Shown here: positions 9,911-21,931 of the stretch, piece after piece
How the letters are laid out: the number at the start of each line of letters is the position of its first letter
Numbering within the stretch: the stretch's first letter is position 1
Origin: Chloropicon primus
Taxonomy: Eukaryota
Length of the DNA: 64,000 nt
Assembly: GCA_023205875.1 (NCBI GenBank)
Contig: CP060761.1
Coordinates: forward strand, 124,001-188,000
Reading direction: 5' to 3'
The notes under the pieces: generated by a model
The model's input: the letters and a program-made list of their open reading frames with translations, nothing else
What the model was told of the DNA's origin: nothing
Databases searched by the model: none
Made by a program: the position numbers and the translations under genes

Positions 9911-11809
9911 TCAGAAGACTGAGGCGATGTCATTGAAGTCCATCAGAGAGTCCCTGAAAAAGGTGTCCAGCCTCTTGATGCGCACGAACCTGTCCTCCTT
10001 TTCCCCCAACGCGGTGCACAACTCAATGTACCTGCGCTGCCCCTCCTCGTCCTGGCTGTCCTTCAAGTCGCTGATGGTCTGGAGATCGTCCAAGATGTCC
10101 TTGTGAGAAACCAGCTCCTCGGTGTACTTGCGGTGGATATCGCAGATGCTTCCATACAAGTCCGCCTTGCACCTGTGGAGCAAGAGGTCCTGGTTGACGT
10201 GCCAGAGGTAAAACGTTCGAGACGGGGTGTGGCTCGAGTCCTTCGGCACCTCGTACATGTGAACATAACCGGCCTTGAAGAGATCGTACAAGATGCCTCG
10301 GGCTTTCTTGATCGGGACCATGGCCTTGTTCTTGATGGCAGCCTCATCCAGGCACTTGGTCAACCTCAGCAACCGGAACACCCTCTTGGCCTCCGGGCTG
10401 AACGTCTTCTCTATCAAGCTCTCGACCTCCGTCATTTGAAGGGCTCTCCAAAGACCCGCGAAATTGAAGACGTAAGACCCGGTCTCATCCAAGGTCTGCT
10501 CGTCCACGATGGGGCGGATGATCTCCACCAAGGAGTTCATGCGCAAGCGATCCAGGCTGGTCGCCACCTGGTGCCTAAAACTGTCCGTGACCTTGAACAT
10601 CTTGGTTAGCCCCCGCCTCTTCATGTCCTCCATCACTGCTCTGCATATCTCGTCGAGGGTCAAGCATTCCTCATTCGTTCCCTCGCCGCAGTGCCTGCTG
10701 CCCCTGTAGGCAAGGATCACGCCTCGGAACGTGTCATTGTCCTCGTCCGAGCACAGGCCAGCTTCAATCCTCTTCAAGCAGTACTCCTCCTTGAATCTCG
10801 CATTAAACTCTTGGGCGTTGATCCGCCACATGATCTGGTTCTCCAGTCCCTGCTCATTCTCTTCAGAGTTGTTGGAGACCGCGGAGAAGGGCGAGTCGGA
10901 CCTGTCCGCGCCCATGACCTTGAAACCGTTCCCATTCAATGCCTTGTCGCCCCTCCTGCTGGAACCGGCCTCCTCCTTCTTTACGACGCCGCCGGCTTTC
11001 CTCTTGGCCCCCCTCGAGGACGCTCCGTTTGCGTAGTTGGAGTCGGGCGACTTTATGACGAACCGGTTCTCGTCCGTCCTCATGTACTCTTCCTTGGCCT
11101 TCGCCTGCTGCTGGTTCATCTCAGTCAGCTCATCCTTCAGGCCCTTGTGACCCCTCTTCACGCTCGTGTCGAGAATCCTGTGCCACGGCGGAGGCAGCAG
11201 CACGGACGGCACCCTTTCGATGTAACGCTCCTTGACGAGCATCGCGAACGCTTTGTGGAAACTTTCGAGGCCCTGATCGTCCCTCTTGAGCAAGTCCCTC
11301 GCCACGTGCAGCGTGTTGTTCCTGTTGAGCCTTCCGTGCTCTATCAGAGCCTGCAGGTTGCACTCCGCTACGCTTGAGAACTTGGCGCTGATGGTCATCA
11401 TCCAACGGGGAAACTTCAGCAATGCGAGGAGGTAGTCCGGGTCCGCGGCGTAGATGAAGTACTCCCTCCCCACCTGCCCTCCTGCCTTGCCGGCCCCTCC
11501 GCCTCGGGAACGCTTCCTGTTGTTCGAGCGGAACACGATCCTCGTGCACAAGTAGCTCCGCACGAAGTTGTGCTTGATCAGGATGACGAGGCTCTGCTTC
11601 ACAGCGTCCAAACTCATTTTGGATCCCGACGAGATCTCTCTCATGGTGGCCCACCCCTTGGAGACCACGGCGCGCGCCACACTCGCTACCACAGGACCCA
11701 ACTTGTCCTCCACGAGAAGCAAAGCAACTTCGCACTCTTGGGGCGAAACTTTGAGCCAAGATGACCCCGCACCGCTCGAGGCGGCGGATGCTTCCCCTGC
11801 CTTGACCAT
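9911..11809 (-). CDS. RPC3: RNA polymerase III subunit RPC3/C82
   Basis: N-terminal winged helix (VKQSLVILIKHNFV), AKRVFRLLRL and EVPKDSSHTPSRTFYLWHVN motifs. First ATG at 11809. Confidence 0.88.
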   Translation of the reverse strand: MVKAGEASAASSGAGSSWLKVSPQECEVALLLVEDKLGPVVASVARAVVSKGWATMREISSGSKMSLDAVKQSLVILIKHNFVRSYLCTRIVFRSNNRKRSRGGGAGKAGGQVGREYFIYAADPDYLLALLKFPRWMMTISAKFSSVAECNLQALIEHGRLNRNNTLHVARDLLKRDDQGLESFHKAFAMLVKERYIERVPSVLLPPPWHRILDTSVKRGHKGLKDELTEMNQQQAKAKEEYMRTDENRFVIKSPDSNYANGASSRGAKRKAGGVVKKEEAGSSRRGDKALNGNGFKVMGADRSDSPFSAVSNNSEENEQGLENQIMWRINAQEFNARFKEEYCLKRIEAGLCSDEDNDTFRGVILAYRGSRHCGEGTNEECLTLDEICRAVMEDMKRRGLTKMFKVTDSFRHQVATSLDRLRMNSLVEIIRPIVDEQTLDETGSYVFNFAGLWRALQMTEVESLIEKTFSPEAKRVFRLLRLTKCLDEAAIKNKAMVPIKKARGILYDLFKAGYVHMYEVPKDSSHTPSRTFYLWHVNQDLLLHRCKADLYGSICDIHRKYTEELVSHKDILDDLQTISDLKDSQDEEGQRRYIELCTALGEKEDRFVRIKRLDTFFRDSLMDFNDIASVF

Positions 11810-12557
11810 CGCCACCGCGAGCTCTTACGATCCTCTCGGCTTTCTCCCTTTCGCACACCCTCTCGTAGGGTCCACTCCCCACTGTGTTTCGTGTTCGAAT
11901 AGGATATGAGCAAGAAAGAGTTGTTGCATGGTCAGCTCAACTCCTTCTCATTTCCTCACCACTGGTGAAGTGCTCCACTCCAGAGAATGGATCAAACGAA
12001 GAAGACCGGCAAGATCATCCCCCTTGTCCCCGATCCACACCCTCTCAGCACCCCTCCTCTCTCTCTCTCTCACACACACGCACACACACCTTTCCCCTCT
12101 GGTGTTGCTGTTACTGTTTTTGTTTTTGTTGGTCACGATACGTGCCGCAGGAAGAAAGCTGGGGTAATCCACGAACCCAATGAATCAGGGACAAGGTCCT
12201 TGCGTGATGTTCGATGTCCTCCTCCTCCCCTTCCTTACCTCCTCCCCTCCCTCTGCGTCAAGGTCTCTGGCACAACCCTGCAGTCGCCGCCAACAGAATG
12301 TCCCTGGGATCCCTGCACCTCGATTGTGGATTCGACCAAAGGGGAGCTCGTGACGTGTCGGCGAAGAGGGGGGCACACTGTGCCATCTCCGTGGACTTAT
12401 CGTCGCCGACTCGTGAAAGGAGGGCGAAAGAAGAGGACACAGAACGATAGGACGTCTCGAGAGCTTTCCGTGGACCTTTTTTTTGCCCGAATTGACGGCC
12501 GGAGTGAGGATCCAGGTTCGTTCGAAGGGATTTTGTCGCAGAGAGAGGCAGAGAGGG

Positions 12558-14498
12558 ATGAAGCAAGTGGTGAGGGCAGCGAGGGGGTTGTCGTCGCAGA
12601 GGGCGACGGCGGGGGGCGTGCGCGGTGCCGTGACATGCAGGAGCACCGGCTTGGGCCGAGGAGGAAGAGGAGGGCCGTCGGCGGACGAGAAGCTGCAAGT
12701 TCTTCGTCGCGAGTTGGACCAAGCGAGGAAAGCGATGGCCTTGCTGGAGGAGGGCATGAGGACCATCTTCGACGAGGAGGGGGGAGAAGCGGTGACGACG
12801 CGGAACTCGTTGGCCGAGGAAGCGAGAGGGACGTTCTCGCTGAAGAGGAAGGAGTTCGACCCCAAGGAATGGCCGAGGAACGAGGACGACCTGCGAGCGA
12901 GTCTGGCGCTGGCCAGGAGGGAGACGAGCTTGGAGAGGGCGGAGCTTGAGCTGGAAGTCGAGCGACTTCAGGTAGAGTCTGTCCGGGTGGATGCTTTGGA
13001 GGAGAAGATACGGGCGCTGGAGGTGTCCGCCGCGGCGAGGGAGAAGGAGCTCCTGCTCGTTATCGCGGAGAAGGAGAGGACGATCACTTCCATGGACCAG
13101 ATCATCACGGACCAGGAGAAGTTCGTGGCGGAGGTGAGGCGGATGGAAATCATGCAGGCAACGAACGGGGACGTTGTGTACGACAGCAGGGTGCCGGACT
13201 TGGAGGCCCGACTCCTTGACATGCAGGCCACCGTTGCCGAGGTGCAGAGCGAAAAGGAGGCATTGGAGAAGAAGATGGAGGAGCTCCAGAGCACGGCGCC
13301 AAGCGCGCCCCAGGCGGCTGGTGGGAGGGATCCTCTGCTCCCTGCCGTGGACAAGCAGTCCGAGGTCGTCGAGATCCTGCACAAGCAGCTGGAGGACCGA
13401 GAGGCGGCCATCGCGCAGCTGCAGGCGGAGCTCGAGACCGCGAACGTCGGCGGCGATTTCGAGGAAAGCATCAGAGAAGACAAGCTTAACGGGTACGTGG
13501 CCAAGGTCCGTGCGCTTGAGATCGAGATGGCGAGCATGACTCACGCCCACGAAAGCGATCAGCTGGCCAAGGAGGTCATGGAATACAAGATGAGGTGCGC
13601 CGAGCTGGAGCAAGAGCTGGAGGGGAGGAAAGGGCAGGCCGAGCAGGCGCCGCCAACCAAGGAGAAGAAGGCTCCGCCCAAGAAGGCTGCGGCGAAGAAG
13701 GCTCCGTCGAAGAAGGCTCTGTCGAAGAAGAAGACAGAGGCTCTCAACGGAAGCCCTCGCGAGACCTCAGCGTTTCTCAGGAATGGATTCACCTTGAGGA
13801 AGAAGGACTTTATTCCAAAGAAGTGGCCCAGGGAGGGGAGCATGAAGCTGACCGGGGGCGCCGAAGAGGTCCAGGAGGTGTCAAGATCAACCTCGAACGG
13901 AACCTTCGTGCTGAAGGGCAAGGACTTCACCCCCAAGAAGTGGCCCAGGGACAACGGGGCTGGTTCACTTGAAAAATCCTTGAATGACAAATTGAACAAG
14001 CACGTGGCCAGGATACGCGCGCTCGAGATCGAAATGTCGCACATGGCAACCATCCAGGAAAGCGACGATCTTGCGAGGGAGCTCACCGAGGCCAAGCTCA
14101 CCATCCACCAATTGCAGATGGAGCTCGAGCTGGTCCGTCTCAGCGCGCTGAATCCGACCCCGGCGGAGCCGGTCCCATCCCCACCGGAAGATGCTGCTGC
14201 CGAGAAGGTCGAGCCCAAAGGCTTCCGGAGAGGCAGCCCCGGGGGCTTCGTTCTCAGAAAGAAGTTGTTTGTCCCCAAAAGCTTGTCCAGGCCAACTGGA
14301 TTCAAGAGAAACGGCAGGGGAAGTTTCATTTTGAGGTCGAAACAATTCGTTCCGAAAAGTCTGTCCAGGTCGGCTGGATTCAAGAGAAACAGCCCAGGGA
14401 GTTATGTCCTGAAGAAGAAGGAGTTCACCAAGAAGCCCTGGTCCACCTGGTCAAGCAAGGAAGACGAGGGCTTCAAATTTCTCAAGCATGTTTTGTGA
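12558..14498 (+). CDS. Uncharacterised coiled-coil protein with transit-peptide-like N-terminus and repeated basic-aromatic motif
   Basis: Long ORF with host-like codons; N-terminus MKQVVRAARGLSSQRATAGGVRGAVTCRS; E/L/A heptad regions; six GxFxL[KR]xKxFxxK motifs. Confidence 0.8.
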   Translation: MKQVVRAARGLSSQRATAGGVRGAVTCRSTGLGRGGRGGPSADEKLQVLRRELDQARKAMALLEEGMRTIFDEEGGEAVTTRNSLAEEARGTFSLKRKEFDPKEWPRNEDDLRASLALARRETSLERAELELEVERLQVESVRVDALEEKIRALEVSAAAREKELLLVIAEKERTITSMDQIITDQEKFVAEVRRMEIMQATNGDVVYDSRVPDLEARLLDMQATVAEVQSEKEALEKKMEELQSTAPSAPQAAGGRDPLLPAVDKQSEVVEILHKQLEDREAAIAQLQAELETANVGGDFEESIREDKLNGYVAKVRALEIEMASMTHAHESDQLAKEVMEYKMRCAELEQELEGRKGQAEQAPPTKEKKAPPKKAAAKKAPSKKALSKKKTEALNGSPRETSAFLRNGFTLRKKDFIPKKWPREGSMKLTGGAEEVQEVSRSTSNGTFVLKGKDFTPKKWPRDNGAGSLEKSLNDKLNKHVARIRALEIEMSHMATIQESDDLARELTEAKLTIHQLQMELELVRLSALNPTPAEPVPSPPEDAAAEKVEPKGFRRGSPGGFVLRKKLFVPKSLSRPTGFKRNGRGSFILRSKQFVPKSLSRSAGFKRNSPGSYVLKKKEFTKKPWSTWSSKEDEGFKFLKHVL

Positions 14499-14567
14499 TA
14501 AGGAACCAAGTTGTGTATATTATGTTTAGGACGAGCTCTCCTACGTTTATGCAAGGCGCGCCTCTTG

Positions 14568-16298
14568 TCACAGCCTTTCCATGACTTTCTCCCTCATCAA
14601 ATCCAACGGAGGTTCGGCACCCGTGAACTGCTTGAATTGCTCCGCAGCCTGCCCAATGAACATTTCCACGCCACTCACCGTAGTCTTCCCGCCTTCCTCA
14701 GCCATCCCGAGCAGCTTTGTCTTCAGCGGATTGTAAATCGCGTCAAAGACCAAGTCAAACCTAGCGACGACACCAGCACTCACGGGTGCCTTGTCCACGT
14801 TTGGTCCACTCATTCCGACCGACGTGGTGTTGATCAGGACACTTCCCGTGATGCTTTTGTCACCTTCCAAGTCCTCCAGGCTCTTTGCCAGGCACCCCAA
14901 CTCTTTGGCGAGGGTCTCCGCCTTGGATAGAGTCCGGTTGGCAATGGTGACTTGGCCCGCGCCTCTCTCCAGGGCCCCAAAGGCCAGGGCCCTGGCAGTT
15001 CCCCCCGACCCGAGAATGCACACCTCCTTGCCCTTTAGGCTCCCCGGGCCGCCCATGCCCTCCTCAATCGCGCTTATGGCTGCCACCCAGTCAGTATTGC
15101 TCGCCTTGAGAGTGGCTTCCCCCTCCCCATTCGCTTCCCTCTGGGAGACGATGGTGTTGATTGCCCCAATCTTGCTCGCGACTTGGTCCACCTCACCGCA
15201 GTACTTCTCGACCTGCTCCTTGTGAGGGATGGTGATGCTGCAGCCCGAGAGGTCGTACTCCTTGAAGGTTGTGATGAAGTCCTCCACGTCTGTGACCAGG
15301 AACGGCAGGTACACGGCGTTTGATCCCACGGAGTCAAAGGCAGCGTTGTGAATCACTGGACTCATGCTGTGCTTGATGGGGTCCCCAATGACTCCAAAAA
15401 CCTCCGTGTCACTCCTCTGGGACTTGAGCCTGTAGACTTGCATCATGTCCGCCAGCGACGGCTGCCCCGGGGCGCTCTCTCTACCTGCGGTCAGGGCACC
15501 AAAGGTGAGGAAGGCCCCGTACTTCGGGGCGAGTAGCCTGCTGGGAAGCCCCATCTCACCCATGGCCAAGGCGATCGTCTGGTTTCCCTCCCCAGACTCC
15601 TCCCGCGCCAGCTGGAGCATGCGGAACGCATCCTTTGTGCACGTCGCGGTCGTCGCAATTTTGGTCACGTCCGCACCGCACGACTTCATCGAACCGATGA
15701 GGCCCCTCAACTCGCTCGAGGACGGGGTCACCTCATAGTTGTGGTCGGACACGATGACCTTGCAACCCGACACTTGGGACACCTCTGACCTCAAACCCAG
15801 AAGGCGCTCCTCTCCAAGCTTGTACTCCAGATCCACATAATTGGCCCCCGCCTTGGCGGCCTCCACGAGGGCGCTCAGCCTCTCCTCCTCGCCCCCCGCG
15901 TACCTGCCCCCCTCCCACTCTGGCCGGTACGTCGCTATGCAGCGCAGGTTTCTCTCTCTGCACGCTCCCACGAGGCCCTCCACGTCGAGCTCTTCCGCCT
16001 TCAGGTAGTCCAATCGAAGTTCCACGATGTCCACCCCAACGCACATTGCTGCTTCGATCTGCTTCAAGCTTCCCTCCATATCCTCAGCCGTGATGCTTGT
16101 GCACAACATGCAATCTGCTGCTTCCTCCTTTCCAATCGCCCTTGGCCTCCAACTCAGCCGTTCTCCCGACCTGAGGCCACGCCCCGAACGACCTCCTCGC
16201 ATTATCAAGGCACTCGCCTGCCCCAGGCCCCTCCCCTGCCCCCACCCCTCCCTCGTCGCACCCCTGTGGCCCAAACAAGCCCCTCCTCTGGCCCTCAT
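14568..16298 (-). CDS. Bifunctional 3-dehydroquinate dehydratase / shikimate dehydrogenase, plastid
   Basis: DIVELRLDYL, YVDLEY, IALAMGEMG, SAPGQP, GVIGDPIKHSMSP, TIPHKE, NTDW, GSGGTARA, NTTSVGM; transit-peptide-like N-terminus. Confidence 0.95.
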   Translation of the reverse strand: MRARGGACLGHRGATREGWGQGRGLGQASALIMRGGRSGRGLRSGERLSWRPRAIGKEEAADCMLCTSITAEDMEGSLKQIEAAMCVGVDIVELRLDYLKAEELDVEGLVGACRERNLRCIATYRPEWEGGRYAGGEEERLSALVEAAKAGANYVDLEYKLGEERLLGLRSEVSQVSGCKVIVSDHNYEVTPSSSELRGLIGSMKSCGADVTKIATTATCTKDAFRMLQLAREESGEGNQTIALAMGEMGLPSRLLAPKYGAFLTFGALTAGRESAPGQPSLADMMQVYRLKSQRSDTEVFGVIGDPIKHSMSPVIHNAAFDSVGSNAVYLPFLVTDVEDFITTFKEYDLSGCSITIPHKEQVEKYCGEVDQVASKIGAINTIVSQREANGEGEATLKASNTDWVAAISAIEEGMGGPGSLKGKEVCILGSGGTARALAFGALERGAGQVTIANRTLSKAETLAKELGCLAKSLEDLEGDKSITGSVLINTTSVGMSGPNVDKAPVSAGVVARFDLVFDAIYNPLKTKLLGMAEEGGKTTVSGVEMFIGQAAEQFKQFTGAEPPLDLMREKVMERL

Positions 16299-16920
16299 GC
16301 CCGCCGTCTCTGGGTCTTATCCTAACCTCCTGGCGCACTCCGGGGGTCAAAATCTTCAACCAAAGTATCAAACGAAAGCTCGTGAGATGTAGCGTCCCGA
16401 TGTCGATCCCAATCCTTCCTCCTCCGGCTAGAACCTCGTTTCCTTTCGCCCTCAATCCTTTCGCCCCTTCCCCACGCCCGCCGAGTACGCCTCCACGATT
16501 GGTACGCAGAGCGTAGGCGAGTGAGAGGTGAGTGATCGAAAGAGAGAGCGAGAGAGAGAAGGGGTCAGGGAGGGAGGAGGGGAGTCGGAGGGCGCGAGGG
16601 AGGTTATCCTTCGTTTTCATCTTGTTTTCCTCTTTCGCTCGACACCTCCCTCGAAAGAAACGACGAGGTGTGGAGGATGAAAGAGGACTGACAAGAAGGG
16701 ATCGTGTAGGCTCTCTAGGCAATTGGGATCGAGGAGGGAGGAAGGGGAGCGGCGAGGGAAGGGGACGGGAGGAAGCCCTGGGAGGCGGTGAAGGGAAGGA
16801 GGGGTGGGGGGGCGAGGGGTTGAGGACGTCGTGGTTCGTTGAACCTGGGAACTCGTGTGGTTTCCTTTTTTCGGTCGGGAGGGCCCTGTTGTGAGGGGGT
16901 TCGGGAAGGGAGGCGATCCG

Positions 16921-18270
16921 ATGGGCCAGTGCTGTAGCGTCGGGGATGCAGGGGCGGCTCGAAGCTATCTGAGCCATTCTTTCGAGGAGAATCGGAGCGC
17001 GGCGCACTCGGGAGCGAGTCCGACGTCCGACGAGAGTTGCAAGTCAGCGAGTAGTGCTGGTGGGACGGCGACCGGGAGTGGGGCGCAGCCACGGTCGGGG
17101 ATTCCCGACGCCAAGCACTTTGGTCTCGAGGAGACTCACGTTGTGTTGGACGTGCTGGGAAGGGGGGGGGAGGGCTCGGCATGGCTGATGCGCGAGCTGA
17201 AGACGAACAAGCTCTGCGCGGTGAAGCTGATCAAGAGGCCGGTGCCCAAAGTCCTCTTGCCCTTCCTGACGCAGGAGATTGGCATCCAGGCGCAGCTGGG
17301 AAGGCAGCACGTGAACATTATCGACCTCGAGGGCGTCATATTGACTCCGTACTTCCTTGCGATCGTGCTGGAGTACGCTGCTGGCGGGCCTCTGACGCGA
17401 TATATTTGCGAGCGGGCGCAAACACACAGGAGAACGGAGAAGCAGAAGCAGAAAGAGAGCCAGAGCAAGGGCGAAGGCGGGGCGGGTGGCACTTCAAACA
17501 GGGGCGGGGGCGGGGAAAGCAGCAGGAAGCTCTTCTTGCCGGAATCGCAGGCCAACTACTTCTTCAAGCAATTCATCTCTGCCGTGGAGTTCTGCCACAA
17601 GAATGGGTTTGCGCATCGTGACCTCAAGCTGGACAACACCCTGCTCGACAACAAGTCGCCGCCCACAATTAAGGTGAGCGATTTCGGATTCGCCAAGGGG
17701 AGTGCCGAGGAGAACACCTTCACCACAATAGGAACTCCGTGCTACATGAGTCCCGAGGTGCTTACCACGGGGACAACGAAGAAGGGGTACAATGCGAAGA
17801 GGGCAGATGTGTGGGCCTGCGGAGTCCTGCTTTTTGCGATGCTCTTCGGCGCCTTTCCCTTTGATAGCGCGGACCACGATCCCAACAGCATCACCACCGT
17901 GCACGACATCCTCGAGCAGCAGCTCGCGTCCTTGACAAAAGAGCAGACGTGGAACCTCCCCGGGGTGGACCTGAACTTGCTCTCGGTGGAATGCCAGGAC
18001 TTGCTGCGAAGAATTTTTACCATTGACCCTGCCAAGAGGATTGGGATTGGCGACATCAAGGAGCACCCTTGGTACAAGCAGCACTTGGCTGGGACTTTCA
18101 TGGAGAGAATGGAAGAAATCAGCGAGCAGCAGAAGGACAAAGACGAGTTGTACTCCAAGGAGGGCCACTACTTCCCGCCACACTTCAAGGAAAAGATGGC
18201 GGAACTCGTCCAGAAGGCAGCGAAGATGCCGGATCCAAGGGAACGCACGCAATCGATCTGGCTGGCTTAA
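16921..18270 (+). CDS. Ser/Thr protein kinase, SnRK2-like
   Basis: AVKLI, AIVLEYAAGG, HRDLKLDNTLL, SDFGFAK, GTPCYMSPE, DVWACGV. N-terminal MGQCC starts at ATG 16921. Confidence 0.9.
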   Translation: MGQCCSVGDAGAARSYLSHSFEENRSAAHSGASPTSDESCKSASSAGGTATGSGAQPRSGIPDAKHFGLEETHVVLDVLGRGGEGSAWLMRELKTNKLCAVKLIKRPVPKVLLPFLTQEIGIQAQLGRQHVNIIDLEGVILTPYFLAIVLEYAAGGPLTRYICERAQTHRRTEKQKQKESQSKGEGGAGGTSNRGGGGESSRKLFLPESQANYFFKQFISAVEFCHKNGFAHRDLKLDNTLLDNKSPPTIKVSDFGFAKGSAEENTFTTIGTPCYMSPEVLTTGTTKKGYNAKRADVWACGVLLFAMLFGAFPFDSADHDPNSITTVHDILEQQLASLTKEQTWNLPGVDLNLLSVECQDLLRRIFTIDPAKRIGIGDIKEHPWYKQHLAGTFMERMEEISEQQKDKDELYSKEGHYFPPHFKEKMAELVQKAAKMPDPRERTQSIWLA

Positions 18271-18366
18271 CCCCTGCGTATATGCAAGTACACGTGTAGT
18301 TTTCCTACACATGACAAATAATTTGATACAAGCATGTTATTCGTCGTCGTCGTCGTCGTCTTTCCC

Positions 18367-19375
18367 TCAAGGTGACATCCCATCTCGAAAGGAAAGGGAG
18401 GGTCCGATGCTGCCATTATCGCTTGTCCCCCTTCGCGTGTCGTGAACCGCGGTCCAGTACCTGGATTCCTCTAGCGATTGCATCTCCAGAACGGCGTGCT
18501 TTGTCGCATTTTCAGCCTTCTTGCTCGCAGCCCTCGACGCGTCCGTCATCTGCCAGACTCCCATGACTGTGACCCCCACGGCCAGTATCAGCGCGGCAAA
18601 GAGGTACGTCACCATCCATATGATTTGGATGGCCACCATGCTGAGTTTGGGAATCACCAAGATGGCTTGCAGGCACACCAGCAAGGGGAGAAACACCGTC
18701 AGGGTAAGCAAGAGAATTCGCAGCCTGAGGAAGAGCGTCATGTTTGTCATCTGCTGTGCGATTCTGGTGTACGTGACCATCAGCAACGTCAAGTACACCA
18801 CACAAAACAAGAAGTTCGCCACCGTCATGGTCACGGGGTACGTGCAATAGTCGCAAATGTCCTCGCCCGGGCATACCGTGTCCGTCCCGACTGGGCTGTA
18901 GACCCAGGAGGGGACCCACGGGGCCCTGATCTCCAAGAAGTCGTCCACGACAAAGGTGTTCAGCAGCGGCTCCAGCCAGATGACCACCAGGTAGATCAAA
19001 GTGAACGGCAGGCACATCACAGAGCTCCTGAGCAGCAAGTTGCAGTTGGGCATCTTTGGCAAGGCCAAGAGGTGCGGCACGGCCAGAAGGTTCCTCACCA
19101 GAAAGAGGAAGAGAGGGAATGCGGTGGCCGAGGTGCTGGTGAAGAAGACCTGGAGATATGGCGAGGAAACCAACAGAGAGAGTGTGTGTGTGTGTGTGAA
19201 GAAGAAAATCCGATCAGTCGTTTGTCAAGAAAACTTGCCCCTCGCTCCCGCCACACCACTTACCCTGCAGAGGAGCGTCTCGGTTGTCGCCGGGACCTTG
19301 AGCTCGCCGAAGGAGAGGATCATCCCGCTGACGACGTTGTCCAGATCCCCCTACGGCGCACGCGAGGAGCAGGCA

Positions 19376-19411
<36 letters not shown>

Positions 19412-19853
19412 CGAGGCTGGTCAGTGTCGGTCGATTCAAAAGGTGGACGGCCGCGGCACTCACAAATCCATAGGCGTAGGTGCTCAGGGGAATTCTCAAA
19501 ACGTGGCTGACTGAAAACACGCAAGCCAGAGCGCAAAGGAGAAGCCTCGTGTTGGTGTAGACCCCGACGAGGGGCAGCTTCTTGACATCCCCGGCTAACC
19601 TCGCCGCCACCACCGCCACAATAATGAACAGGACGCTCCCCACCACCACCGTGCCGAGGGAAACGTACGACGTGATGAGGGCCGCCTTCAGTAACGGCTC
19701 CGCTTTCAGGGCCTCCGCTTCGTCCAGTTGCCCTCCGCCGTCGAGCGTCGCGTTGGTCACCACGATCGCGTCCGGCGCCATCTCCAGCCCCTCCTCGGCC
19801 AGTCGCCTCATCCCTCCCACCAGGTAGAAGGGCGTCGTCGTCGCCATCGCCAT
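18367..19853 (-). CDS. Multi-pass (about 7 TM) membrane protein of unknown function, 3 exons
   Basis: Exons 19853-19464, 19350-19264 and 19149-18367 join in phase 0 via GTGAGT/GTAAGT donors and TAG/CAG acceptors. About seven hydrophobic segments and a CTYP motif. Confidence 0.7.
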
Positions 19854-20072
19854 CGCCGTGCGTCTGCGTCTTCTGTCAATCCAAAAAAAAAAAACAGAAA
19901 ACGAAAAACGCCCCAGGACAAGGGAGGAGCGGGAGGAGGCATGATGGGTGGGTGTGGGTCCAGTCCAGTGCAATTGTACGGCATTAAAGACCTAAGAACT
20001 CAATTACAATGGTTTTCGATGTTTTGTTTTTGTGATGTCACATGTTTTCTGTTGGTGGTGGTGCTCTCGCTT

Positions 20073-21908
<1,836 letters not shown>

Positions 21909-21931
21909 TCAGGTTCCGCTTCACTTCGCGC

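Noticed and set aside
11884..12480. Possible small spliced gene between RPC3 and the coiled-coil gene
   Set aside because: Splice-like signals exist but no coherent reading frame could be assembled.
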